From Candidatus Terraquivivens tengchongensis (GTDB taxonomy: Archaea; Thermoproteota; Nitrososphaeria_A; Caldarchaeales; Wolframiiraptoraceae): a stretch of DNA of 64,000 nt. Made by a program: the position numbers and the translations under genes. Position 1 is the stretch's first letter. Every line of letters begins with the position of its first letter. Under the pieces are notes generated by a model. It did not search any database, had not been told where the DNA came from, and saw nothing but the letters and a program-made list of their open reading frames with translations. The DNA lies in contig JALNJZ010000004.1 of assembly GCA_023261845.1 (NCBI GenBank), positions 3,272 through 67,271 of the forward strand. Direction: 5' to 3'. Of the stretch, positions 47,960-57,436 are shown in pieces.

Positions 47960-50014
47960 GTGCCAAATAAGCTCATAAAAGAAAAGAGCCCTTACCTGCT
48001 CAGAAACGCCCAAAGCCCCGTAAATTGGCACCCATGGGGAGAGGAAGCTTTTAAGAGGGCGAAGGAGGAGGACAAGCCAATTCTTCTCAGCATAGGCTAC
48101 AGCGCATGTTATTGGTGTATTGTAATGGAAAAGGAGACTTACGATAACCAAGAGGTCGCCGAATTGATTAATGAAAACTTCATTCCGATAAAGGTCGATA
48201 GGGAAGAACTGCCTGAGGTCGACGAGGTCTACATAAAGTTCGTGGAGCTCATGACAGGCCAGGCCGGATGGCCGTTAACGGTATTTCTCACACCAGACTT
48301 GAAACCTTTCTTTGGCGGAACTTACTTTCCTCCGTATAGGAGTGGGCCGTTGCCTGGACTTGTAGAAGTCTTGAGGGTGATAACAGATACATGGAAGAAT
48401 AACAGAAATGACATAATTGAGGTCTCTAATCGTGCCACGGAACTGCTCAAAAGAGCTTACTCTTACAAACCATCAAAGGATGTGTTATCCATGGACATCA
48501 TGGAAGTTGCATACGAACAACTTGTAAGCAAGTACGATGAAGGGTACGGAGGCTTCTCTTTCCATCCAAAGTTTCCGATGCCAACTTTCCTATTCTTCCT
48601 GCATAGGTTTTATTGGAGGTATAGAAAGGATTTTGCCATTAAAATGTCTTTAAACACGCTAACAAATATGGCTCTAGGCGGAATACATGACCATCTGGCT
48701 GGAGGATTTCACAGATATTCTACAGACAGGTACTGGATGATACCTCATTTCGAGAAAATGCTTTACGACAATGCGCTTTTAGCAAGGGCCTATCTCGAAG
48801 CATATCTTTTGACAAAGGACGATTTTATGAAAGGTGTTGCAATTAAAACCCTAGACTGGATGCTATCAGAGTTATCTTCACCAGAGGGTGGATTCTATAC
48901 ATCTATCGCGGCAGGATATGGGTACGATGAGGGGTCATACTACCTATGGACCATGGATGACATTGTAGGGTTACTGGGTGAAAAAATCGGCAAGATCGTA
49001 TGTAAGTACTATGGCGTAACGCAACGAGGAAACTATGGGGGCGGTAAGAATGTTTTATACGTAAGGCGTTCAGCAGAATCTCTGGCATCGGAATTTAATT
49101 TATCCGTTGAGGAAGTTAAGAACATCGTTGAAGATTCAAATAAAATTTTATTAAACGAGAGGAGAAAAAGAAGGATGCCAGATATTGATGATAAAATACT
49201 AACTTCTTGGAATAGCCTTGCGATTTCTGCGATGTGTATGGGATTCCAGGTCTTAAGAAATGAAAGATATCTGAAGTCTGCTGTGTCCGCTGCAAACTTT
49301 ATCGTAAACAACATGTATAAAAACGGTGTTCTATTGCGAAGGTACAGAGATTCAGATGCGGCATATGCGGGCACGTTAGAAGACTACGCGTTCTTTATGA
49401 ATTGTCTTTTAGACCTATTTGAGACAACGTTCGACCCGAATTGGTTGGAGCTTGCGCTGGAATTGAAAGACGAAATCATAAACAGATTCTACGATAAAGA
49501 GCACGGCGGTTTTTTCAAGACGGAAGACAGGTTTTCCGATATAATCCTAAAAGACGGAAAAGATGGTTCTATACCATCTGGAAACTCATTTGCTATAATG
49601 AACTTGATCAGGTTATCAGAAATCCTTTGTGTTCCAAAGTTGTTAGAGATAGCGAAAAAATCCTTTTTGACATTCTGGGACCGTATAAAACAAAATCCCG
49701 TCGAGTATACGTATATGCTAACGGCACTGGATTACTACATATCTCCAAAGAGTGAGTTCATCTTCGTATGCAGCGATAACGATTGTGCGCCCTTTTTGCA
49801 CATCCTATGGTCAGAGTTTATTCCGAACAAGGTCGTCTTAGTATGTAATTCGGAGAACAGGGAACGTATTGAGAGGATTACGCCCATTATCAAAGATAAG
49901 AAGGTTGTTGGGGGAGGGGCCTCAGTATACATCTGCGAGAATTATACCTGCAAGCTACCGATCACGTCCTTGGACGGTTTCTATAACTACTTGAAAAGTC
50001 TGCGTTCTGCATAG
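47960..50014 (+). CDS. Thioredoxin-domain (DUF255) protein fused to an (alpha/alpha)6 GlcNAc-2-epimerase-like domain (YyaL/SPATA20 family)
   Basis: 684 aa with a GTG start. It has [10 protein letters not shown], the CxxC motif ([11 protein letters not shown]) and [21 protein letters not shown]. Confidence 0.8.
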   Translation: MPNKLIKEKSPYLLRNAQSPVNWHPWGEEAFKRAKEEDKPILLSIGYSACYWCIVMEKETYDNQEVAELINENFIPIKVDREELPEVDEVYIKFVELMTGQAGWPLTVFLTPDLKPFFGGTYFPPYRSGPLPGLVEVLRVITDTWKNNRNDIIEVSNRATELLKRAYSYKPSKDVLSMDIMEVAYEQLVSKYDEGYGGFSFHPKFPMPTFLFFLHRFYWRYRKDFAIKMSLNTLTNMALGGIHDHLAGGFHRYSTDRYWMIPHFEKMLYDNALLARAYLEAYLLTKDDFMKGVAIKTLDWMLSELSSPEGGFYTSIAAGYGYDEGSYYLWTMDDIVGLLGEKIGKIVCKYYGVTQRGNYGGGKNVLYVRRSAESLASEFNLSVEEVKNIVEDSNKILLNERRKRRMPDIDDKILTSWNSLAISAMCMGFQVLRNERYLKSAVSAANFIVNNMYKNGVLLRRYRDSDAAYAGTLEDYAFFMNCLLDLFETTFDPNWLELALELKDEIINRFYDKEHGGFFKTEDRFSDIILKDGKDGSIPSGNSFAIMNLIRLSEILCVPKLLEIAKKSFLTFWDRIKQNPVEYTYMLTALDYYISPKSEFIFVCSDNDCAPFLHILWSEFIPNKVVLVCNSENRERIERITPIIKDKKVVGGGASVYICENYTCKLPITSLDGFYNYLKSLRSA

Positions 50015-50017
50015 TAA

Positions 50018-50107
50018 AGCCGGGGTCGGGATTTGCACCCGAGTAGAGCGGCTCTGCAGGCCGCCGCCTAGCTGCTCGGCCTTCGGTGGCTTTTCGCCAA
50101 CCCCGGC
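50018..50107 (-). tRNA. tRNA-Cys (GCA) with an ~18-nt non-canonical insertion between acceptor stem and D stem
   Basis: Hand-folded from the minus strand. Acceptor: GCCGGGG/CCCCGGC. D arm: GCCG-AGCAGCT-AGGC. Anticodon arm: GCGGC-CUGCAGA-GCCGC. Variable loop: UCUAC. T arm: UCGGG-UGCAAAU-CCCGA. The discriminator is U73, the Cys identity base, and no CCA is encoded. The 18 extra nt (about GGCGAAAAGCCACCGAAG) follow U8. A second GCCGGGG copy at 50112-50118 makes the exact 5' end and splice points uncertain. Confidence 0.75.
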
Positions 50108-50162
50108 CTTTCCCCGGCCGACGTTCTTGTATAGCACGGGGCTTATTGAATTTTTTGTTGTA

Positions 50163-51752
50163 TTAAGCCGGGATCTGGGGTAGGCTGAGCTTTACCTCCA
50201 TCGGGCTGATCCTTAGAGCCTTCGAGACGTCGTAGCCCATGGACTTCGCAGACTTCTCTATGACCTTTACTACCAAGTTGGCGCCGAAGTGCGCTATTAT
50301 ATTGAACGCCAGCTTTAAGAACGGGTTCAGTCTTATCAACCGGGATGGAAGCCTGTTCAGCTCTATAAGTATGTGTCTCCATGCCCTATATATCACGCAC
50401 ATTTGCGCTTCAGTCAACTTACTCGCGTCAAAGAAATCCTCACCCCTCAACGCTCCCATTGGTACAAAGAAGAGCGGGGTGGCCGTGAAATGAGCCCTCT
50501 CGCCTATCTTCTCCGGCAGAATATTTTCCATCGCATCTAAGAGCCTTACGGTATCCCAAGCATCGTCGTCAGTTTCTGTCGGAAGCCCTATCAGTAACGT
50601 GAAACCTGGGAACCAATAATTCATGTTAAATATTGCTGTTCCATTTATCACAACTTCTGGCCACTCTTCAGGGCTGAAGGGTTTAGCCTTTAATGGCATG
50701 TACCTAGCAAGCAGGCTTCCGGAACCTGTCTCCATGCCGCACTGTATACCTATCCAATGTTCCGGTGAGCCCCTTAATATCTTAGAGAGTTGATGTATAA
50801 GCATAGGGTCGGCAACCGCCGGCGCTACCGTACCATGTGTTGGGTTGCTATGTCTTATACCTGGCACAGACATTACTGATGAGAAAAGTTCGACAAGCGC
50901 ATCCCTATTTGGATAGAAATTCTTCTTATCTTCAACTCTGTACAGGAAGATGTCCTCACTATGAATCCATGCATTGTGGATTCCGTGCTTTGTGTTAACT
51001 CTAATCTCTTCTAATACGTTTTCTATTGGTATGTACCTTGCAACCCTCAACGTCGGGTCACAGAACTCGCAATTTCTTCCGCAACCTCTCATGACCTCTA
51101 CGAGGCCATGTATGCTCGGATTAACTATCAGCGGTATATCTTCCAGTCTTGGCGGCTTCGTAATCTTTATGGTCTCTGGTGGGTCGCCCTCCTCGAATTC
51201 GCGGAATAGCATCGGCGCCACATGATCGGTCTCACCTATCACGACGTGGTCTATGTTCAGCTCATTCCTTACATGAGATCTCACATCAAGATACCATGCA
51301 CCAGGACCTCCCACGACAATTTTGAACTTAAAGCCGTTAGCCCTTCTTACTGCATTAAGTTTCTTAACGAGTTCCACGAAATATTTTTTCGAGAACGATG
51401 TGAATTTGCCGGTCGTGAATGCAAGGCTTAAAGGACCTAAGCCGAGCGGGTCCATCTCGTATATTCCGACGACCTTCGTTTCCTCACCGATAAAATTTTC
51501 AACATAGTCTGGGTGTGCAACCACTAAGTCATCCTCGCTATAAGCCCTACGTAAAGATGCCTCGATCTTCCTAAGACCATAAGGTGCGTAGGGCAACACA
51601 CCATCCACGGCCGGTATTTGTGGTGCTAAAAATTTGAAGAGAAACTCAGGAACTTTCTCGGAGGGAGCGCAGGGAAGGAAATCCAAGAGCGGTACATGTC
51701 TGTATTCACTCGTCAAGGTTCTATCGCAAGTTAAGACTATCCGCCTACCCAT
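50163..51752 (-). CDS. B12-binding-domain radical SAM protein
   Basis: 529 aa. The N-terminal Rossmann-like/B12-like region is followed by the radical SAM motif CGRNCEFC. The substrate is not deducible from sequence. Confidence 0.7.
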   Translation of the reverse strand: MGRRIVLTCDRTLTSEYRHVPLLDFLPCAPSEKVPEFLFKFLAPQIPAVDGVLPYAPYGLRKIEASLRRAYSEDDLVVAHPDYVENFIGEETKVVGIYEMDPLGLGPLSLAFTTGKFTSFSKKYFVELVKKLNAVRRANGFKFKIVVGGPGAWYLDVRSHVRNELNIDHVVIGETDHVAPMLFREFEEGDPPETIKITKPPRLEDIPLIVNPSIHGLVEVMRGCGRNCEFCDPTLRVARYIPIENVLEEIRVNTKHGIHNAWIHSEDIFLYRVEDKKNFYPNRDALVELFSSVMSVPGIRHSNPTHGTVAPAVADPMLIHQLSKILRGSPEHWIGIQCGMETGSGSLLARYMPLKAKPFSPEEWPEVVINGTAIFNMNYWFPGFTLLIGLPTETDDDAWDTVRLLDAMENILPEKIGERAHFTATPLFFVPMGALRGEDFFDASKLTEAQMCVIYRAWRHILIELNRLPSRLIRLNPFLKLAFNIIAHFGANLVVKVIEKSAKSMGYDVSKALRISPMEVKLSLPQIPA

Positions 51753-51842
51753 GAGACCACCGTTATTACGACTATTTTTATTATGTAGCGACTTTCAAAA
51801 ATATTTAAGCATCATCCAACGTTTCCTAGCAAGCCGAGTTAA

Positions 51843-52142
51843 TTAACCAAATATTCTTCCAAAGCCCTCGAGGGCTGCCTCACCTTCTTCCTCGAACTTC
51901 GAAAGTACTCTCTTCATCTCTTCGCCTTTGACCTCTTCTGCAATGTCCTTCGCGAGTTCTAAAGCTCTGGAGCACTGTTCATCGGTTCCTATAATTCGGA
52001 CGTAGTAGCCCTCTTCTCCCAGTATTTTCGCATCCCTAAACAGAACGTTAGCCCTTGACACAATGTCGTCATTCAATAAGACGTTCCTTGCTTTGTCAAC
52101 ATTTTCTGGGCTTACCTTCAACACGAGCTCCAGCTCAACCAC
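51843..52142 (-). CDS. Hypothetical acidic 99-aa protein
   Basis: The ORF has good coding character and no family I recognise. Its C-terminus EEGEAALEGFGRIFG resembles the tail of archaeal ribosomal stalk protein aP1 (see finding). Confidence 0.45.
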   Translation of the reverse strand: MVELELVLKVSPENVDKARNVLLNDDIVSRANVLFRDAKILGEEGYYVRIIGTDEQCSRALELAKDIAEEVKGEEMKRVLSKFEEEGEAALEGFGRIFG

Positions 52143-52245
52143 CGACCATTATGACATAAGACATAGTATAAATCTATATCTATAACGGCGGTGAGTATGA
52201 AAAGTTCAACATTTAAATGATTGTCAAAGGATTCTATTCTATAAC

Positions 52246-54162
52246 ATGTTGCCGTTCGCAGCATGGCTTTCGTGGTTGATACCCATCGTCGGCTCCGTGT
52301 TTGTCCCTATAATCTTCAGATTAAATAAGAAGGCAGGTGAAACGTATCCAGTCCTTCTAACATCACTTTCCGCCGCATTCTCACTCTCCATAGTCCTTGA
52401 TGTATGGGGAGGCAAGGTCGTAGAGGAAAAGATAAAGTGGATACCCCTACCAGATGGTAGCTGGATCGAGGCGGGCGTCCTAGCAGACCCGTTGTCCGTA
52501 TTGTTCGCATCCATCGCGTCGTTTCTCGGCACCCTTATCATCCTTTACTCTATAGGCTACATGGAACATGAGGAGGGGCTTCCGAGATACTACTTCTTCA
52601 TGCTCTTCTTCGTGGGTGCGATGATCGGCCTCGTGCTTTCCGACAACCTTTTACAGACGTACATATTCTGGGAAATAGTCGGGCTGTGTTCCTATGCGCT
52701 AATCGGCTTTTGGTACAGAAAACCATCCGCAGCGCATGCAGGAATAAAGGCATTTATCACCACAAGGGTAGGCGATGTAGCATTCTTAATTGGCATACTC
52801 TTGCTTTACAGATCGCTTGGCACGTTTAGCATGCGTGAAATATCAGTCGGTCTGGAAGAGTTGCTTTCAAAAGACCCGAGCGCTCAAGGCTTTGTTATTG
52901 CATGTATGCTACTCATCTTTGGTGGCGCGATGGGAAAGTCGGCTCAATTCCCCTTACATGTATGGCTACCTGACGCTATGGAAGGCCCAACACCGGTCAG
53001 CGCCCTCATCCACGCGGCAACGATGGTAAAGGCAGGCGTTTACCTTGTTGCTAGGACGGCATTCACGATCGCTCCGCTGGAGGCCTTTAGGGGAATTCTA
53101 GCTCCTTGGTACGAAACCATAGCGATAATAGGAGCAATAACCGCTTTCTTGGCTGCCACGATGGGTTTAGTGATGAACGATATAAAAAGAGTCGTGGCGT
53201 ATTCTACGATAAGCCAGCTCGGGCTAATGTTCACCGCCCTCGGCCTAGCATCTGAACTCGGATGGTTCTCCAGCCAGTTCCATGTTCTCAGCCACAGCAT
53301 ATTTAAAGCCTTATTGTTCCTCTCAGCCGGAGTAGTAATACATGCCGTTCATACGAACAACATCGATGAAATGGGAGGATTAGCAAGAAAGATGCCGCTC
53401 ACCTTCATCGCATCACTTTTTGGTGCACTTGCACTCTCCGGTATACCTCCATTCAGCGGCTTCTTCAGCAAAGATCTGATAATAGAGGCGACGATCGAAT
53501 CCGGAAACGTTGTAATTTATTTACTCGTCGTCTTCACGTCGATCTTAACGGTTACATACACAATGAGGTGGATCTATAAGATATTCCTAGCACCACCAAG
53601 TTTAGAATCGTCCCATACACATGAGGCCCCAAAGGTTATGACTGTGCCGCTACTCATACTTGCTGCGTTAAGCTTACTGACTGGTTTCTTTGAAGAGCCT
53701 TTCATGAGCTATATCGGCCTACATTACCACTTCAAGCCCAGCCTACCAGCATATGCAACGTCGGCAATCATACTCGTATTCGGCCTGCTACTTGCATACG
53801 CCTTCTATCTCTCCGCAACGTTAAGAGGTATGCCGCTCATCAACCCTATTAACATAAGGAAGAGCGGGCTGGGCTCTGTGCTTCACAAAATTTTGGTTAA
53901 CAGATATTACATCGACCATGCATACTACAAAGTTTTTGTGGACGGAACAATTTGGTTGTCGTCAAAGGTCAGGAAGTATGTTGAAGAGAAGGTCATAGAC
54001 GGCTTCAACTATGCTCTGGCTAGGGCGACACAATCTTTTGTCCAGGCCTTTAGATACCTACAGACCGGTAGCAGCAATGTCAACATAAGTGGATACGCCT
54101 TGGGAATTGCAATACTCTTGATCATATTCTTACTCTTGCTTTTCGGAGGTCTTCATATATGA
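52246..54162 (+). CDS. nuoL: NuoL/MrpA-type proton-translocating antiporter-like subunit
   Basis: 638 aa with WEIVGLCSYALIGFW, AMGKSAQFPLHVWLPDAMEGPTPVSALIHAATMV, and a C-terminal extension consistent with the NuoL lateral helix plus a final TM. Confidence 0.85.
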   Translation: MLPFAAWLSWLIPIVGSVFVPIIFRLNKKAGETYPVLLTSLSAAFSLSIVLDVWGGKVVEEKIKWIPLPDGSWIEAGVLADPLSVLFASIASFLGTLIILYSIGYMEHEEGLPRYYFFMLFFVGAMIGLVLSDNLLQTYIFWEIVGLCSYALIGFWYRKPSAAHAGIKAFITTRVGDVAFLIGILLLYRSLGTFSMREISVGLEELLSKDPSAQGFVIACMLLIFGGAMGKSAQFPLHVWLPDAMEGPTPVSALIHAATMVKAGVYLVARTAFTIAPLEAFRGILAPWYETIAIIGAITAFLAATMGLVMNDIKRVVAYSTISQLGLMFTALGLASELGWFSSQFHVLSHSIFKALLFLSAGVVIHAVHTNNIDEMGGLARKMPLTFIASLFGALALSGIPPFSGFFSKDLIIEATIESGNVVIYLLVVFTSILTVTYTMRWIYKIFLAPPSLESSHTHEAPKVMTVPLLILAALSLLTGFFEEPFMSYIGLHYHFKPSLPAYATSAIILVFGLLLAYAFYLSATLRGMPLINPINIRKSGLGSVLHKILVNRYYIDHAYYKVFVDGTIWLSSKVRKYVEEKVIDGFNYALARATQSFVQAFRYLQTGSSNVNISGYALGIAILLIIFLLLLFGGLHI

Positions 54163-55625
54163 TGGAGACAAATTACTTGCTTTTCATCAGCGTATTCTTG
54201 CCTTTACTTACCTCGCCTTTCACCTACCTATTGGGGAAACGTTCATGGAAATACGGAGCCATGCTATGCCACATTTCCTGTCTCATACCGTTCCTGATAA
54301 TCATCTACTATACGCCGACAATAATGGCTGGTGAGCGGCTCTACGAGGCATACAGCTGGATACCGGCATTCGGTCTCAACCTGAACTTGATGTTGGATAG
54401 CCTAAGCTACACGTTCGCCCTACTCATATCTTTGATGGGGTTCTTGGCTAGCGTTTACTCGCACAGATACATGGAGCACGAAAGTAGGCTGGAAGTCTAC
54501 TATCCTCTGCTCCAAATATTCCAGACGGGTATGATGGGTGTTGTCCTTTCTTGGAACCTATTCATGCTCTACATATTCTGGGAAATCATGCTTATACCAT
54601 CCTACTTCCTTATAGCGTACTGGGGAACGGGGAACCCGAGGCTCATAGGCTTCAAGTACTTCATCTTCACACATGCTGGCGCTCTTTGTATGCTTCTCGG
54701 CATAGCTTGGTTGAATTCTATATTCGGTAACATGGACATGTCAATACTCTTAGAAAACGTTCCCCGTGCCTATGAAATCCACAGAGCATCGCTGCTGAGC
54801 ATAGCAGCGTTGATATTCGTGGGTGCGGCCGTTAAGATGGCAGTGTTTCCGTTCCACACTTGGCTTCCAGATGCTCACGCCGAGGCACCAACACCGATAA
54901 GCGTCCTCCTGAGTGGCGTCATGATAAAGACAGGCGTTTATGCTTTTGCAAGACTGCTGCTTGGGCTCATGCCGGCGGCAGTATCCGAGATGTCGGCTTG
55001 GCTCATACCCCTTGCGATCGTAACCATGCTTTGGGGAGGTATTATGGCCCTCGTTCAGAACGACGTTAAGAGACTTTTGGCGTACAGTAGCATCAGTCAG
55101 ATGGGCTACATACTCTTCGGTCTCTCATCGCTCGCACCGCTTGGTGCTTCCGGTAGCCTGTTCCATGTTCTGAATCACGGCTTTGCAAAAGGGCTACTCT
55201 TCATGGGTGCTGGAGCATTAATACATGAGGTTAAGGAGAGAGATTTGTCGAAACTCGGCGGCCTAGCCTCCAAGATGCCCGTCACTGCCATAACGATGCT
55301 TGTGGCAGGATTATCGATAGCCGGGACGCCGCCGCTTGGAGGCTTCGCGAGTGAATGGATGATATTTTCTGGGGCCTTCATGTCCGGCGCGATAATTCCG
55401 ACATCCATCGCAATAATCGCAACCGCTATCACGGCCGCATACTACCTTAGAATGATTAGGGCCATTTTCTTTTTGGAGTTAAAGCACGAAAAGGTAAAGG
55501 AGGCGCCCGTTGGTATGCTATTCTCCATGAACGTATTACTGCTACTAGTCATCGTCTTGGGATTCATTAACGCTCCGATACTCAGCATAATAGGAAGGGC
55601 TGTAAGCACTTGGATAGGGATGTAG
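54159..55625 (+). CDS. nuoM: NuoM/MrpD-type proton-translocating antiporter-like subunit
   Basis: 488 aa with FWEIMLIPSYFLIAYWG and KMAVFPFHTWLPDAHAEAPTPISVLLSGVMIK. It has an ATGA overlap with nuoL. Confidence 0.82.
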   Translation: MMETNYLLFISVFLPLLTSPFTYLLGKRSWKYGAMLCHISCLIPFLIIIYYTPTIMAGERLYEAYSWIPAFGLNLNLMLDSLSYTFALLISLMGFLASVYSHRYMEHESRLEVYYPLLQIFQTGMMGVVLSWNLFMLYIFWEIMLIPSYFLIAYWGTGNPRLIGFKYFIFTHAGALCMLLGIAWLNSIFGNMDMSILLENVPRAYEIHRASLLSIAALIFVGAAVKMAVFPFHTWLPDAHAEAPTPISVLLSGVMIKTGVYAFARLLLGLMPAAVSEMSAWLIPLAIVTMLWGGIMALVQNDVKRLLAYSSISQMGYILFGLSSLAPLGASGSLFHVLNHGFAKGLLFMGAGALIHEVKERDLSKLGGLASKMPVTAITMLVAGLSIAGTPPLGGFASEWMIFSGAFMSGAIIPTSIAIIATAITAAYYLRMIRAIFFLELKHEKVKEAPVGMLFSMNVLLLLVIVLGFINAPILSIIGRAVSTWIGM

Positions 55626-55693
55626 CTGGCGCAATGTTCTGTAAAGCAAAAATTAATATGCGTTATAGATAAAAATAGACAGGGTGCTCAAGC

Positions 55694-56728
55694 TTGAGCA
55701 GACCTTGGCACGCCCTTACATTGCTCTTAATACTAGTACTCTTCATACCAACAATCCATGCTGAGGCCTTTACGATGAGCATAAACGATGATTCTGTCAA
55801 GATAGAGCTGAGCTATCCGACAGAGGTGAAACCGAGCACGTGTTTTAGTATTAGGGTTGACGTGACGGTATTGAAAGCCGTGTCGAACCTTAAAGTGCAC
55901 CTAAAGGTCCTTTATCATACAGGCACGTCTACCACGACGCTATACGATGCTGATCTTGTGACATCTTTCACGGATGGACCTGGCTTAGTGTATAGCGGCG
56001 TGTTGACGCTTTGTCCACCCTCGACGTTCGGCACGCTTGTGTCTGCAAGGGTTAACGCCACTTATACAGGCGGAGGCCTCTTCCAAGAGTTTTACATGGC
56101 AGGCGTTAGGAGCAAGTACTACTCGGAAGTAACAGCTGAGCTTGACGCTGCGAAGTCAACGATAAGCATACTTCAGTCCGAGGTTTCGAGCCTAAGAGGC
56201 ACAATTGATGCGCTCAAGTTGGAAGCAAGAAAGCTTAAGGATGAAGTCTCGAAGCTGAATGAGTTGATTAACGAATTGGAAGTTGAGAATGAGCTACTAG
56301 AATACAAGCTCGCCTCAGCCGAGACACTTAACAAGCAGCTGAAGGAGAGGTTATCCAAGCTTGAGGTTGAACTCTCTTCAGTCCGTAATAGCTATCTTAA
56401 CCTATCTTCCGAATACGCCATCTTACAGGACAGGTATGATTCACTGCTAAAGTCTGAGGAGAGTATCAGGCAGAAGTATGAGGATCTCAGCTCCGACTAC
56501 AACTCGCTCAGCAAAGACCACGCAATGCTCATGGCACTATACAATGACTTGAGGAGCATGTATCAAGACCTTCAGGCAAGGTACGAAGACGCTCTGGAAA
56601 AGATAGGAAGTCTACAGGAGTTGTTGAAAGAAAGCGAGGAGGAGTACAAGACCTTAAGTCAACAGTACGCCGTTGCTAGCTGGGAGAGGGGCGTGGTGAT
56701 ATGGGTTGCCATAGCCCAACCTACGTAA
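55694..56728 (+). CDS. Secreted or surface protein: signal peptide, beta-rich N-domain, long coiled coil
   Basis: 344 aa. It has an N-terminal signal-like segment (WHALTLLLILVLFIPTIHAEA), a ~130-aa S/T/V-rich domain, and then ~190 aa of heptad-rich L/E/K/S sequence. The start is TTG. Confidence 0.55.
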   Translation: MSRPWHALTLLLILVLFIPTIHAEAFTMSINDDSVKIELSYPTEVKPSTCFSIRVDVTVLKAVSNLKVHLKVLYHTGTSTTTLYDADLVTSFTDGPGLVYSGVLTLCPPSTFGTLVSARVNATYTGGGLFQEFYMAGVRSKYYSEVTAELDAAKSTISILQSEVSSLRGTIDALKLEARKLKDEVSKLNELINELEVENELLEYKLASAETLNKQLKERLSKLEVELSSVRNSYLNLSSEYAILQDRYDSLLKSEESIRQKYEDLSSDYNSLSKDHAMLMALYNDLRSMYQDLQARYEDALEKIGSLQELLKESEEEYKTLSQQYAVASWERGVVIWVAIAQPT

Positions 56729-56859
56729 GGGACCATGCCCGCCATCATTCCGGCTGCACCGATAAATGCTCCGGTGCCTATGAGGATTAAGCCGCCTATA
56801 ATCTCAAGTATCGCTAGGACCGTTACACCGAATGGCCTTTCTTTTTGCATAAATTGCAC
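56659..56859 (-). CDS. Small hydrophobic (2-TM, Gly-rich) membrane protein candidate
   Basis: 66 aa: FGVTVLAILEIIGGLILIGTGAFIGAAGMMAGMVPYVGWAMA. It overlaps the 3' end of the convergent coiled-coil gene by 70 nt, so one of the two ends may be miscalled. Confidence 0.4.
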   Translation of the reverse strand: MQFMQKERPFGVTVLAILEIIGGLILIGTGAFIGAAGMMAGMVPYVGWAMATHITTPLSQLATAYC

Positions 56860-56890
56860 ATAACCTTACAGCATTTAAGCCTTTCGATTT

Positions 56891-57355
56891 TTATGTTTCG
56901 ATGAATTCTACAGCATCCGTTGATTCATCATAAACTATAACGGAATCCCACCCCGGGTTGAGGGCTAGTGTACCGTCAAACCTCTCGCATCTACGCTTAT
57001 GTGTGTGCCCGTGAATGACGATATTATACATCCCGCTTTTCACGAGTGCTTCTACGAGTTCGGAATATTCACCATGAAGCACGGCTATCTTCTTGCCGTT
57101 TAAGTTAAGCGATGCAAACCTGCCCTCCAAGCTGGAGCCTATCTCCCTCAAGGTTTTCTCCAGTAAAAGGAGGTCTCCGTCATTGTTGCCAAGGACTGAT
57201 ACGACCTTTAATCCCTTAAACTCTCTAACCGAGAACGGCGCTACCCAGTCACCGCAATGGATGACGAGCTCGACCTTTCGCTCCTTAAAGAGCTGAACTG
57301 CTCTTCTTATCCTATCTAAGTTATCATGTGTGTCCGATACTATGCCTATTAACAC
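56891..57355 (-). CDS. MJ0936/YfcE-family metallophosphoesterase
   Basis: 154 aa with IGIVSDTHDN, HCGDW, GNNDG, HGHTH and G..LNPG. Confidence 0.85.
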   Translation of the reverse strand: MLIGIVSDTHDNLDRIRRAVQLFKERKVELVIHCGDWVAPFSVREFKGLKVVSVLGNNDGDLLLLEKTLREIGSSLEGRFASLNLNGKKIAVLHGEYSELVEALVKSGMYNIVIHGHTHKRRCERFDGTLALNPGWDSVIVYDESTDAVEFIET

Positions 57356-57436
57356 CTTAGTTCACCACTTTACGCTCCCCGCTACCATCCTAACGATCGG
57401 TAAAAGTTTTTAGTTTTTTCTAGCATTAAATAGACT

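Noticed and set aside
52246-55625. NuoL/NuoM pair interpreted as an Mrp Na+/H+ antiporter operon
   Set aside because: No MrpB/C/E/F/G-like small membrane ORFs follow or precede. The first protein has a NuoL-like C-terminal lateral-helix extension rather than an MrpA-type fused MrpB domain. I therefore called them generically antiporter-like NuoL/NuoM.
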